A DNA stretch of 63,976 nt, filler included, from Octopus bimaculoides (taxonomy: Eukaryota), in the NCBI RefSeq assembly GCF_001194135.2. It is 12 parts of 9 records of this genome, joined end to end, with 100 filler letters (N's around TTAATTAATTAA, not from the genome) between each part and the next. Parts side by side here need not be neighbours in the genome. Positions count along the whole stretch, not along the records: positions 10,039 to 19,100 come from NC_068981.1; positions 19,201 to 24,749 come from NC_068981.1; 10 more parts are not named here. One strand, given 5' to 3'. Both the position numbers and the translations under genes were made by a program. The first letter of the stretch is position 1. Each line of letters starts with the position of its first letter. The notes under the pieces are model-generated. The model had not been told where the DNA came from, did no database searches, and was given only the letters and a program-made list of their open reading frames with translations. Below, piece by piece: positions 12,338-23,028 of the stretch.

Positions 12338-12513
12338 TTACATTATTTACATTATTTACATTTGACGGATATTTGTCCTCGTCTTGTTTGTTGTTAACAC
12401 AACATTTCGGCTGATATACACTCCAGCCTTCATCAGGTGTCTTGGGGAAATTTCGAACCTGGGTTCTCATTCCTAAGGTATTTTTCGATGTTGTTGTTAT
12501 TGTTATTATTATT
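12338..12513 (-). mobile_element. Penelope-related short repeat (family 1)
   Basis: About 90% identical to the reverse complement of 41995-42143; ends in an ATGTAAATA repeat tail. Confidence 0.85.
12396..12441 (-). ncRNA. Minimal type I hammerhead ribozyme motif (family 1)
   Basis: Minus strand reads GACAC CTGATGA A GGCTG gagtgtatat CAGCC GAAA TGTT GTGTT: intact core, 5-bp stem II, 5-bp stem I, GUU cleavage triplet. The stem III palindrome is weakened (AUGU instead of ACGU). Confidence 0.7.
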
Positions 12514-12896
12514 GAGTCAGAGAGCAGTGCATGCCATCAAAGTGACACTGGGGTAAAATTTACGAAGCCCATTAAACCCATCATGACTACCTGTCTGATA
12601 AGGGTATACCAGGTACATGTATCACGCTCAAATAGTGCTTTTTATGTGCCACAGGCACGGGAGCGAGACTGCTGTTCTGGCAGTGATCCTGCTTGGATGG
12701 TGCTATTTGTATTAAATTTTACCCTATTATCTTGAAAAGGGAGGGACACATAGGATAATATAGTGTTAGATGTGTGAATCCTGAGAGAAAGAAAAGATAT
12801 AAGGACATAGCCAGGTGTCCAAGTGATGATCAGGAGGTATTGAATTCTTAAAATGCATCCACTGGGTCAATCACAAAATTAAAATAAACATCAAAT

Positions 12897-13070
12897 AGGT
12901 ATGGCTGTGTGGTTAAGAAGCTCAATTTGCAATCATGTGGTATGGGTTCAGTCTCATTGTCTGGCACCTTGGGCAGGTGTTTTCTACAACTTCTTCTATA
13001 GGCCCTGGGCTGACAAATGCCTTGTGAGTGAATTAAGTGGAAAGAAACTGTGGAAGCCCTTTGTATATAT
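12897..13070 (+). mobile_element. CORE-type SINE head, decayed
   Basis: GGCTGTGTGGTTAAGAAGCT...GGGTTCAGTC...GGCACCTTGGGCAGGTG. Confidence 0.8.
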
Positions 13071-13124
13071 ACATAAAATCTAAGTCAAATGCAAATCAAG
13101 ACTGAAATCAAAATGGAAGTTGTA

Positions 13125-13380
13125 GTTGTGGCCGATGCCAGTGCCACCTGACTGGCACTTGTGCTGGTGGCACATAATAAGCACCATTCAAGTATGGGTC
13201 AATGCCAATTACACCTGACTGGCTCCCCCCTGCCAGTGGCACGTAAAAAGCACCATCCAAACGTGGTCAATGCCAGTCCCCCCCACCACTCTGACTAGCT
13301 CCTGTGCTGGTGGCACATAATAAAAAGCACCATCTGAATGTGGTCAGATCAGATTGGAGCTTGGCACAGCCTACTGGCTT
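13125..13380 (+). mobile_element. RTE-associated SINE internal region with three ~65-bp tandem units
   Basis: The unit TGCCAGT...CTGACTGGC...TGTGCTGGTGGCACATAA..AAGCACCAT is repeated three times. Confidence 0.75.
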
Positions 13381-13404
13381 GATCAGGGATGACAACAGCA
13401 GCAA

Positions 13405-13413
13405 CTACTGCTG

Positions 13414-13486
<73 letters not shown>

Positions 13487-13615
13487 AGCAATGACAACAA
13501 CAGTGTCCTCCACCACAGTCTCCACTGAAACAGTCTCACATTCCAAAATAAATGGAACAGAAAGCTAATGGCTACATAATAGGAACGGCTGAACTGAGCT
13601 TTGATCTAGACTTTA

Positions 13616-13668
<53 letters not shown>

Positions 13669-14250
13669 AGTTTGTCAATGTGTGTGTATATATGAATGTA
13701 AATGTGTGCATGCGTGTCACTGTGTCATTGTGTGTGTAGGATTGTATGAGTGTATGTCAGTGTATACTTATAAGTGTTTGTTAATGTGTGTTTGTGTGTG
13801 TTGTGTGTGTATGCATGTATATGTGTGTATCAATGCATACGTATATGAGTTTGTTAGTGTGTTTGTGTGTTGTGTCATTGTGTGTGTGTATGCGTGTATA
13901 TGTGTGTGTCAATGTATACGTATATGAATCTGTTAGTGTGTTTGTGTGTGTTGTGTCATTGTGTATGTGTGTGTATATGCATGTATATGTGTATGTCAAC
14001 GTGTACGTATATGAATTTGTTAGTGTGTGTTGTGTCATTGTGTGTGTGAGTGTGTGTATGCATGTATATGCATATGTCAATGTATACGTATATGAATTTG
14101 TTGATGTGTGTTTGTGTGTTAATGTAAGTGTATATATGTATGTGTCTCTGTGTTGTGTACGTGTGTATGTGTGTGTATGTGTGTGTGTGTGTGTATGTGT
14201 GTATATGTGTGTATGTGTGTGTGTGTGAGTGTGAGTGTGTGTGTGTGTGT
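13405..14250. repeat. (TAC)n, (TG)n and a TG-derived ~65-70-bp higher-order minisatellite
   Basis: (TAC)n at ~13417-13486; (TG)n at 13618-13664; the unit TGTGTCATTGTGTGTG...GTCAATGTATACGTATATGAAT.TGTTAGTG recurs about 5 times between 13780 and 14130. Confidence 0.9.
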
Positions 14251-14458
14251 TTAATGATATTCGACTCAATATCATTTGTTCCTGTTTATTTTACAAAAGA
14301 AATCGTTAATATATTTATCAATTAGACAATTCCAATGAGGATATTTTTTTATCCTATTTATCGCAGCTGTTTAATCTTTACCAGATGAACGAAAAAGTGT
14401 TTACGAAGATTTGAAACCTGAATTTTAAGTTTTAAACCCAAATACAAATTGCTGGAAG

Positions 14459-14874
14459 CAGTAGTGTAGCTGGGGTCGCAGGTGGCCCACCCCAGGCAGT
14501 GCTTTCATGTGGGTGGCACTCTTGAGTCTCTTGTACAGGTGGGGGCATGGGCCCGGAAACAGGGGGTGCAGGTGGTGCAAGTGCACTCCCTAGAATTTTT
14601 GTGGAGTGCAGAACCAAAATTTGCAGCCCTACTTATATTGCTCATGTTTACAAAACAGTGAATAAAAAAGTGATGTGTAAAAAGTAACTTGAAGTTAGGT
14701 TCCTTCTCAAAGAACAAATCACCAAAATAAATAACAAAAAAAAAAAAACAAGACCTTGTTTGTATAAAATTTTGGACCTAGATTTGCACCCCCTAAACAA
14801 ATTTCGTTCCCGAGCCAGTGGGTTGGGGTGGCGTAGGGTGACAAGCTCAAGGGTTACCTTTGGCTACGTCACTG
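14459..14874. mobile_element. hAT-type MITE (outer element)
   Basis: TIRs CAGTAGTGTAGCTGGGG / CCTTTGGCTACGTCACTG; 8-bp TSD GCTGGAAG (14451-14458) / GCTGGAAA (14875-14882). Confidence 0.75.
14546..14820. mobile_element. hAT-type MITE nested inside the outer MITE
   Basis: TIRs CATGGGCCCGGAAAC / GTTCCCGAGCCAGTG, subterminal AGGGGGTGCA / TGCACCCCCT; 8-bp TSD GGTGGGGG (14538-14545) / GGTTGGGG (14821-14828). Confidence 0.7.
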
Positions 14875-15019
14875 GCTGGAAAGGTCTAAAAATGTAGGGA
14901 AAAGGAAAAGTGATAAGGGCCGGCTGTCATGAGGAACTGTGCCTTGCTAGTGTGTGTTATGTTTCTTGTTAACTGTTATGGGCAGACTTAGTCAACTTCT
15001 CAGCCTGTAAGGGCCTTAC

Positions 15020-15054
15020 TCTTCACCCTGTGGCACATCTAGGATGTGACAGCT

Positions 15055-15120
<66 letters not shown>

Positions 15121-15610
15121 TGAGAGAGGGTGAGAGAAAGAGAGAGCAAGAAAGAGAGAAAGAGAGGGAAAGAAAGAGAGAGTGAGAGAGAGAAAAAGAG
15201 AGAGTTAGAAGGAGAGAGAAAGAGTGAAAGAGAGAAAGGGAGAGAGAAAGAGAGAGAGAGAGGGTGAGAGAAAGAGAGAAAGAGGTTGAGAGAGGGTGAG
15301 AGAAAGAGAGAAAGAGTGAGAGAGAGGGTGAGAGAAAGGGAGAGCAAGAAAGAGAGAAAGAGAGGGAAAGAAAGAGAGAGTGAGCGAGAGAGAAGGTGAG
15401 AGAAAGAGACAGCAAGAAAGAGAGAAAGAGGAGGCAAGAAAGAGAAAGAGTGAGAGAGAGAAAAAGAGAGAGTGAGAGTGAGAGCGATGCATATATACTC
15501 ATTAGGGGGTACACATGTCTGTGGAGTACTCACCTACTTACATGCTTAATTTCATAAGCAGGTTGTTCTGTTGATTGGATCAAATGAAACACTCATTCTC
15601 ATAACTGACA
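15020..15610 (+). mobile_element. Decayed tRNA SINE body split by a ~430-bp GA-rich repeat
   Basis: GTGACAGCTGAA before the GA block and GGGTACACATGTCTGTGGAGTACTC...TTAATTTCATAAGCAGGTTGTTCTGTTGATTGGATC after it match nearly contiguous parts of the 55035-55292 SINE. Confidence 0.7.
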
Positions 15611-15715
15611 AAGTTCCAGTTATTTCTTGATTGTTGACCCCTAATAATGGACATTTTTGCCTGAAATATGTAAAGGTTATATAACTTTCCCCTTTTTGCA
15701 TTGTGAGCTCTCCAT

Positions 15716-15874
15716 CACTAGCATAGCTAGGAGTGTGGGTGGGGGGAGGTAGGGGCATTCCACCCCAGGTGACACTTATAAAGGAGCGGCACTTTTCAAC
15801 ATTTTTTTTGTGAGGTCTGAGGGTAGCAAACAGAAGGGCCACCCTGGGCAGCACAAATCCTAGCTATGCTAGTA
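15716..15874. mobile_element. hAT-type MITE, same family as 14459-14874
   Basis: 17-bp TIR with 16/17 match (CACTAGCATAGCTAGGA / TCCTAGCTATGCTAGTA); 8-bp TSD CTCTCCAT / CCCTCCAT; shared internal CCACCCCAGG...GGCACT. Confidence 0.85.
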
Positions 15875-16203
15875 CCCTCCATGTTCACTATTTTGTTATT
15901 GCACTTCTATAAATTACTCAGATCAATAGTAGATGAGAAAGCATCCATTGTAATATATTTTCTGCCTGCTTTTCCATGCTCACACAAGTCAGATGGAATT
16001 CCTCTTGACAAATAATCTACAGTTGGATGCTCCTCCTGTTGCTAACTCTCACTTGTTTCCAGGCAAGGTAATACTATGTCATAACCAGACATGCTTTCAT
16101 AGAAGAGTGCAAACAAACAACCCCTCTTGTATTACAGTGAAGCTCATTTTACAGTTATTATGTGATGTCAAGAAAAAAAATGCACATATGTATACACACT
16201 TTC

Positions 16204-16704
16204 ACAGACTGACACATGCACACACACACATGCACATGCACGCACAAACGCACACACACATGCACATGCACACACACACACATGCACACACCCATGCACA
16301 TGCACACACACATGCACATACATGCACGTGCACACACAGGTGCACATGCACATACATGCATATGCANNNNNNNNNNNNNNNNNNNNNNNNNNNNNNNNNN
16401 NNNNNNNNNNNNNNNNNNNNNNNNNNNNNNNNNNNNNNNNNNNNNNNNNNNNNNNNNNNNNNNNNNNNNNNNNNNNNNNNNNNNNNNNNNNNNNNNNNNN
16501 NNNNNNNNGCACACACACATGCACACACACATGCACACACACATGCACATACATGCACACATGCACGTGCACGCACATGTGCACATGCACATACATGCAT
16601 ATGCACACACACATACACACATGTACACACACACGCACATGCACATGCACACACACACACACACACATACTCACATGCACACACACACAAGCACATGCAC
16701 ACAC

Positions 16705-16740
<36 letters not shown>
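16204..16740. repeat. Compound (CA)n/(CACATG)n microsatellite spanning a gap
   Basis: Direct reading; it is the source of the His/Thr/Cys/Val-rich false ORFs. Confidence 0.95.
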
Positions 16741-16741
<1 letters not shown>

Positions 16742-17181
16742 TCAAAAGATGTGCTGGAAGGTACGACACATAACCAAAAAGTTTGGATGCAGCAGAAAAA
16801 GTCTTACACTCCACTCATGCGCTAGGCATGGTTTGACAATAAACTTCTTAACTCCTTCTTCGTAGACTGGTGAGCAGATTGTGCAGGAACACAGAAAATA
16901 TAAATCGGCATTAATGGTTTATATAATGCTTTAATGTACATATATTTAAGTTCTTTTTTTTTTTATTTTTAACCAATAATGCTGATGGAGTGACAAACAG
17001 CTGCTGTTTGTCAGGAAACAGGTCCCTTGGGGTTGTGCAATTTTAAGGTGGCTGGCTTGCTGAAACTTATATACATTATTTAAAGCATAAATACCAATTA
17101 TGTTGTCTGTGTTCCCATATATCTATCTAACTATCTGTCTGTCCATGTATGTATGTATGTATGTATGTATGTATGCATATG

Positions 17182-17212
<31 letters not shown>

Positions 17213-17241
17213 GTATATATATATATATATGTATATATATG

Positions 17242-17275
<34 letters not shown>

Positions 17276-18499
17276 TGTGTGTGTATATGTATATTATATA
17301 TATATATATATATATATAATAACATAAACAATATATAATTATATGCATATATCCATACATATATGTATGTACCGACATCTATATGTATACATACAAGCAT
17401 ATATGGGTACAGGACATCACAAAAAACGTTAAACACAATGAGAAACGAAAACATAAAGACGAAAACAGAAAACAAACTTTTTTCGAACAACGAAAAAAAC
17501 AAACAGAGAAACGAGACATGCAAAATATATATATATGCATATCTATGTATATATATATATATATATATNNNNNNNNNNNNNNNNNNNNNNNNNNNNNNNN
17601 NNNNNNNNNNNNNNNNNNNNNNNNNNNNNNNNNNNNNNNNNNNNNNNNNNNNNNNNNNNNNNNNNNNNNNNNNNNNNNNNNNNNNNNNNNNNNNNNNNNN
17701 NNNNNNNNNNNNNNNNNNNNNNNNNNNNNNNNNNNNNNNNNNNNNNNNNNNNNNNNNNNNNNNNNNNNNNNNNNNNNNNNNNNNNNNNNNNNNNNNNNNN
17801 NNNNNNNNNNNNNNNNNNNNNNNNNNNNNNNNNNNNNNNNNNNNNNNNNNNNNNNNNNNNNNNNNNNNNNNNNNNNNNNNNNNNNNNNNNNNNNNNNNNN
17901 NNNNNNNNNNNNNNNNNNNNNNNNNNNNNNNNNNNNNNNNNNNNNNNNNNNNNNNNNNNNNNNNNNNNNNNNNNNNNNNNNNNNNNNNNNNNNNNNNNNN
18001 NNNNNNNNNNNNNNNNNNNNNNNNNNNNNNNNNNNNNNNNNNNNNNNNNNNNNNNNNNNNNNNNNNNNNNNNNNNNNNNNNNNNNNNNAAGAACCAGTCC
18101 AGGGGCACTGGCAACGATCTTACTTGGCTTGCCGGGTCTTCTCACGCATCTTACTTGGCTTGCCGGGTCAATAAGGATAGGGATTCAAAGAATTGCTATA
18201 TACATTCTGATGTGTAGTCTGTTCATTATGTCACAGCACAATTATATTTATCGGTGTGTGTGCACATATTTATAGGTGTTGAAGGATGTAGTGTCACTTA
18301 TGTAACTAACATAGTTTATGAAACAGCAATCAACAAATGGAATAACCATCAATTCTCTCACTTCTGTTATCTAGTCAGTTTTTATGGACACATACAAACA
18401 GTCAATACTAAACTATGTTAAAATCCTCAAGAAACAATAGGAAAAAAGAAATCACACAAAAGAAACAGAAATACCATATATATCATCATCATCTATATT

Positions 18500-18876
18500 T
18501 TGTGGCAGTCAGTCAGTTACGACAAGGTTCCAGTTGATCCAATCAATGGAACAGCCTGCTCGTGAAATTAACATGTAAGTGGCTGTGCACACCACAGACA
18601 TGTGTATCCTTAATGTAGTTCTTGGGGAGTTTCAGCGTGACACAGTGTGTGACAAGGCTGGCCCTTTGAATTACAGGCACAACAGAAAGAGAAAGAAAGA
18701 GTGAGAAAAAGTTGTGGTGAAAGAGTACAGCAGGGTTCGCCACCACTCCCTGCTGGAGCCTCGTGGAGCTTTAGGTGTTTTTGCTCAATAAACACTTACA
18801 ACGCCCAGTCTGGGAATCAAAACTGTGATCCCACAACCGCAAGTCCACTGCTCTAACCACTGGGCCATTGCGCCTC

Positions 18877-18879
<3 letters not shown>
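18500..18879 (-). mobile_element. Full-length tRNA-derived SINE (possibly Ceph-SINE-like)
   Basis: Minus-strand head GTGGAGGCGCAATGGCCCAGTGGTTAGAGC...GTTTTGATTCCC (A/B boxes); body shared with 55035-55292. Confidence 0.85.
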
Positions 18880-18909
<30 letters not shown>

Positions 18910-18912
<3 letters not shown>

Positions 18913-19100
18913 TCATCATCATCATCATCGTTTAACGTCTACTTTTCATGCTGGCATGGGTTCAACAGTTTGACTAAGGACTGGCAAGCCAGAAGGCTGT
19001 ACAAGGCTCCAGTCTGATCTGGCAATGTTTCTACAGCTGGACACCCTTCCTAATGCCAACAACTCTGAGAGTGTAGTGGGTACTTTTTATGTGGCACCAG
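18910..19100 (-). mobile_element. RTE-associated SINE
   Basis: (CAT)n CGTTTAACGTCTACTTTTCATGCTGGCATGGG...CAGCTGGACACCCTTCC. Confidence 0.85.
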
Positions 19101-19200
19101 NNNNNNNNNNNNNNNNNNNNNNNNNNNNNNNNNNNNNNNNNNNNTTAATTAATTAANNNNNNNNNNNNNNNNNNNNNNNNNNNNNNNNNNNNNNNNNNNN

Positions 19201-19270
19201 TTGTCTCTTGAGGTCCCTGGGTGAGACTTGGATCCAACTTGTACAAATGCAAAACAAAAGTCAAACATAA

Positions 19271-19335
<65 letters not shown>

Positions 19336-19525
19336 TAATAATAATAACAATAGCAATAACATATGCGAAATAGTAAAAAACAACCCCATTGATTATAGGC
19401 GCTTAGATACCATCAAAATATATGTAAGAAACATCTTAGCAACATCTCATGTGAACCATATATCCAAGAATTTCAATAATTAGTACCGACTATACCTGCT
19501 CACATATTATGACGAGGTTTCTCTA
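19201..19525 (+). mobile_element. R4/Dong-like (RLE) LINE 3' remnants with (AAT)n tail
   Basis: PLIIGA...QEFQ*LVPTIPAHIL*RGFS at ~19383-19525 resembles the IPIVIGALG...TAHILR C-terminus. The 3' UTR-like segment and (AAT)n at 19201-19340 are assigned from recall only. Confidence 0.45.
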
Positions 19526-20102
19526 TTTAATAGCAAATAACGATAAATTTTAAAGTTCCCGTAAATCAATATTACCTATATTAAATGTTTTGGGTGTCTC
19601 GAATTCTATATACATACGCAAATCAATTCTGAATGGCATTTTATGCATAACATTTAATATCTTTATTTCTTTGCTTACACTTTACTCTAACCACTCTTAT
19701 ACTTACATCATTATAGGAAGCATACAACACACATATCTACCTATCGACTATATAAAATTTCTACTCTTTTCAATTGTAATGTCACGAATATCCATGATAT
19801 TTTTAATATATTATTTTTGTGATGTATTTTACTAATAAATGTTCAACGAAGTAGCCAGCTCAGGCACTTGAAAGTATTTAATCACTTACCTTCTTTATTC
19901 TTTACTCTAAGTCATAGGTAATAGCTTGTCAAGCGATCGTACGAAAAACAGAGAGAAGATGATAATATATTACTGCTGCCTAAAGAATGTTACAGTAACA
20001 GAAGAGCTCTAATGTTTGATAAAAGCACGTTATTAGAGTGCTTATTAGAGTAATTAGAGTTCACGCTAATGAAATATAGACGGTTGTCTGTGTCTGTTAT
20101 CA

Positions 20103-20149
<47 letters not shown>

Positions 20150-20657
20150 NNNNNNNNNNNNNNNNNNNNNNNNNNNNNNNNNNNNNNNNNNNNNNNNNNN
20201 NNNNNNNNNNNNNNNNNNNNNNNNNNNNNNNNNNNNNNNNNNNNNNNNNNNNNNNNNNNNNNNNNNNNNNNNNNNNNNNNNNNNNNNNNNNNNNNNNNNN
20301 NNNNNNNNNNNNNNNNNNNNNNNNNNNNNNNNNNNNNNNNNNNNNNNNNNNNNNNNNNNNNNNNNNNNNNNNNNNNNNNNNNNNNNNNNNNNNNNNNNNN
20401 NNNNNNNNNNNNNNNNNNNNNNNNNNNNNNNNNNNNNNNNNNNNNNNNNNNNNNNNNNNNNNNNNNNNNNNNNNNNNNNNNNNNNNNNNNNNNNNNNNNN
20501 NNNNNNNNNNNNNNNNNNNNNNNNNNNNNNNNNNNNNNNNNNNNNNNNNNNNNNNNNNNNNNNNNNNNNNNNNNNNNNNNNNNNNNNNNNNNNNNNNNNN
20601 NNNNNNNNNNNNNNNNNNNNNNNNNNNNNNNNNNNNNNNNNNNNNNNNNNNNNNNNN

Positions 20658-20695
<38 letters not shown>

Positions 20696-21003
20696 CGTAA
20701 ATGTATAATGGGGTCTGTGTGTGTGTTTGGAGTTACTCTAACTCATCTCACACTGTCCAATCGATTATTATGTTTGGAACATAGGTAGATCACATGCCCT
20801 GAAGTTCAAATAAGACCGGAATTTTTCGAAAACTCGATAATATTCAGTTGGCATCGATTTTTGTGAGCTTAATCGGGCATTTGAATGGAAATTCTCCTAA
20901 CGATGTCATGTTTCCTCCAGCTTTTGCATTTTTTCAACAAAATCGATAGAATAGTCTCTAAGGAAATGGTTATTTACATTTGTGTCCTCTTCAAGCCTCT
21001 TGA

Positions 21004-21261
21004 ATTCCACTGATTCCCTCTGACTCGGCTGTGAAGTTCAAGCGGCTACAATTCCCAGTCGAACTCAGTTTCGCCATGAGTATAAATAAAGCCCAAGGCC
21101 TGTCATTGGAGGTAGTTGGACTTAACCTCACTGAATCTGTCTTCTCTCATGGCCAACTATACGTAGGATGCTCAAGAGTTGGCAATACTCAAAGCCTTTT
21201 AATCTACATCCAAGACGGAAAGAAAAAAAACGTCGTCTACCAAGAGGCGTTACAGGACTGA
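21004..21261 (+). mobile_element. Helitron PIF1-like helicase C-terminal fragment
   Basis: IPLIPSDSAVKFKRLQFPVELSFAMSINKAQGLSLEVVGLNLTESVFSHGQLYVGCSRV...NVVYQEAL* carries Helitron helicase motifs V and VI. Confidence 0.92.
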
Positions 21262-23028
21262 ATTTCATCAAACAAGATAAAAAAATACAGTCAAGTCTCC
21301 AATCCTCCCATGATGACAACTTCGGAGCTAGCCGCTTCACGACTCCACTGTAAGTACCTCTTTACAAGCGTGAACTCATTTTCTTAAAACACATTTTTAA
21401 AGTCTTCATCTGTTACTTCAGCTTCGCTTCGCTGCACCACTGAACACGTCGTCGTCGGCTGCAAAAACTCCGCTCTGATCATTGTTCCTCCGCCTGCCAC
21501 ACATCTACTCATGCTACAACAGCCTGCCGAACTAATTATAACATCTTAATGGTTAATAGTCGGCACGAGGAACGTAGAAGAGTTCAATACAAGGTCAGAG
21601 GTGGGCCTAACTTCAACACGGAAAACACGAGCAACTGGTGACAAATAAATTCAGTATATATGATATATAATTTAAAACTTTTCTCAAAGGTATCTTCAAA
21701 AGATTAAGTGTGATATTCATAAATAACAAGAAATCTACTATTTCAACATTTCAGTAAGAAAGCCTTCTCTCTATATTTCATGAATCAATAAATAAGCTTT
21801 ATATTAAGTCTATATATTTGCATTTCTTTGTATTTATAACGATTTTCAGTTTTCAACGATAGTAAAACGTAAAATTTATGTTATTCTGAGGATTAAGTAT
21901 AGAACATTATCAATCAATATTGATTTTAACATCGAGAGGAAATATGAATTGGTTTTCATCTCGTGTAACGTTTAAGGGTGAAGAAGTGATCAAGAAATAT
22001 ATAAATAATTATTCGTAAGTTGGTGGACAAAGGCCAGGAACCTCATGTTTAATCTTATCCATCTTTCCATTTCTTATGTAGCAGAGATATGATTAAATGC
22101 GTACAAGACTGATTATGTCATCTTTTTGCATAAGAACTACATTATGTTGCCTCCTTCGCTTTTTAAGATTGTTGGTAACAGCTGAGTTAAAGTGAAATTG
22201 AACAGATATATTTTGCCTGTCACGAGGTCGCGTTGACGTCCTAGATCGTTTATTAGTTACTCAAAGATGGCCGAAATTTCACATATATCACATTCCTCTT
22301 TCTCTGGTGCCATTTATAAATGGATTTCTGTAATATGTTACTAATCTAAATAACTATAGTTGGTACGTAAGAAAAACTTAGCTTCGTGCCAATTAAAGAA
22401 ACTACTGTTTCTAATTATATTGTAGTCAGTAACAATGAATTACGGTAGGTAAGCTATACACATAAATGACCACTAGACTAACTGGGATGGTATTGCCCTT
22501 CAAGCTGTTCAACTTGTGTATCTCTTCTCGTATTACACAGTTTTCACTAAACGTTACGCCTACTCGTTCCTCCCTGAATCTTAGCTCTCTTTGAATTTCC
22601 CACCAACTTTTCAAGAATATTAACTTCGTTGGTCTCTTGGGACTTCGGAGAACAAACCTATTAAAAAGCAAAATAACTGAAGCTTCATTGAGACTTCACG
22701 TAGTCTGTTACAACAGTGCTGAGTTAGAAAATAAATAAAAATGTGCAATTAGATGAGATATAAATTGTTTATTGAGATACCTAGTTATAGCGGGATACAA
22801 TGAATCAATAAGAAATAAAGGCTAAAAAACGAAGTTCGAGAGTGTATTGAAACAACTATTTGGTTTGGTGTGTTAAAAATTCGTGGTGTTTATACAGGTT
22901 AAACTATATCAAATCTGTCATAATATTTTCTAGCAAAAGCTACCACACACACACACACACACACACACACGTATGCACACATGCACGCGCGCGCGTTACG
23001 CTTTCATTAACATCCTCGAGAAAGTATA

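Noticed and set aside
14382-14417. 36-nt minus-strand micro-exon encoding VSNLRKHFFVHL (HxxxH)
   Set aside because: No upstream CxxC, weak acceptor; expected by chance.
18780-18879. tRNA genes at SINE heads (also 37383 and 50442)
   Set aside because: A/B boxes are present, but there is no complete cloverleaf and each runs into a SINE body.
22426-22671. Minus-strand ORF with a good acceptor as a host exon
   Set aside because: The P.K...WW.I...F......T.....C......LN.L pattern fits a decayed mariner catalytic region at least as well, and no donor matches the phase of the 2866 exon.
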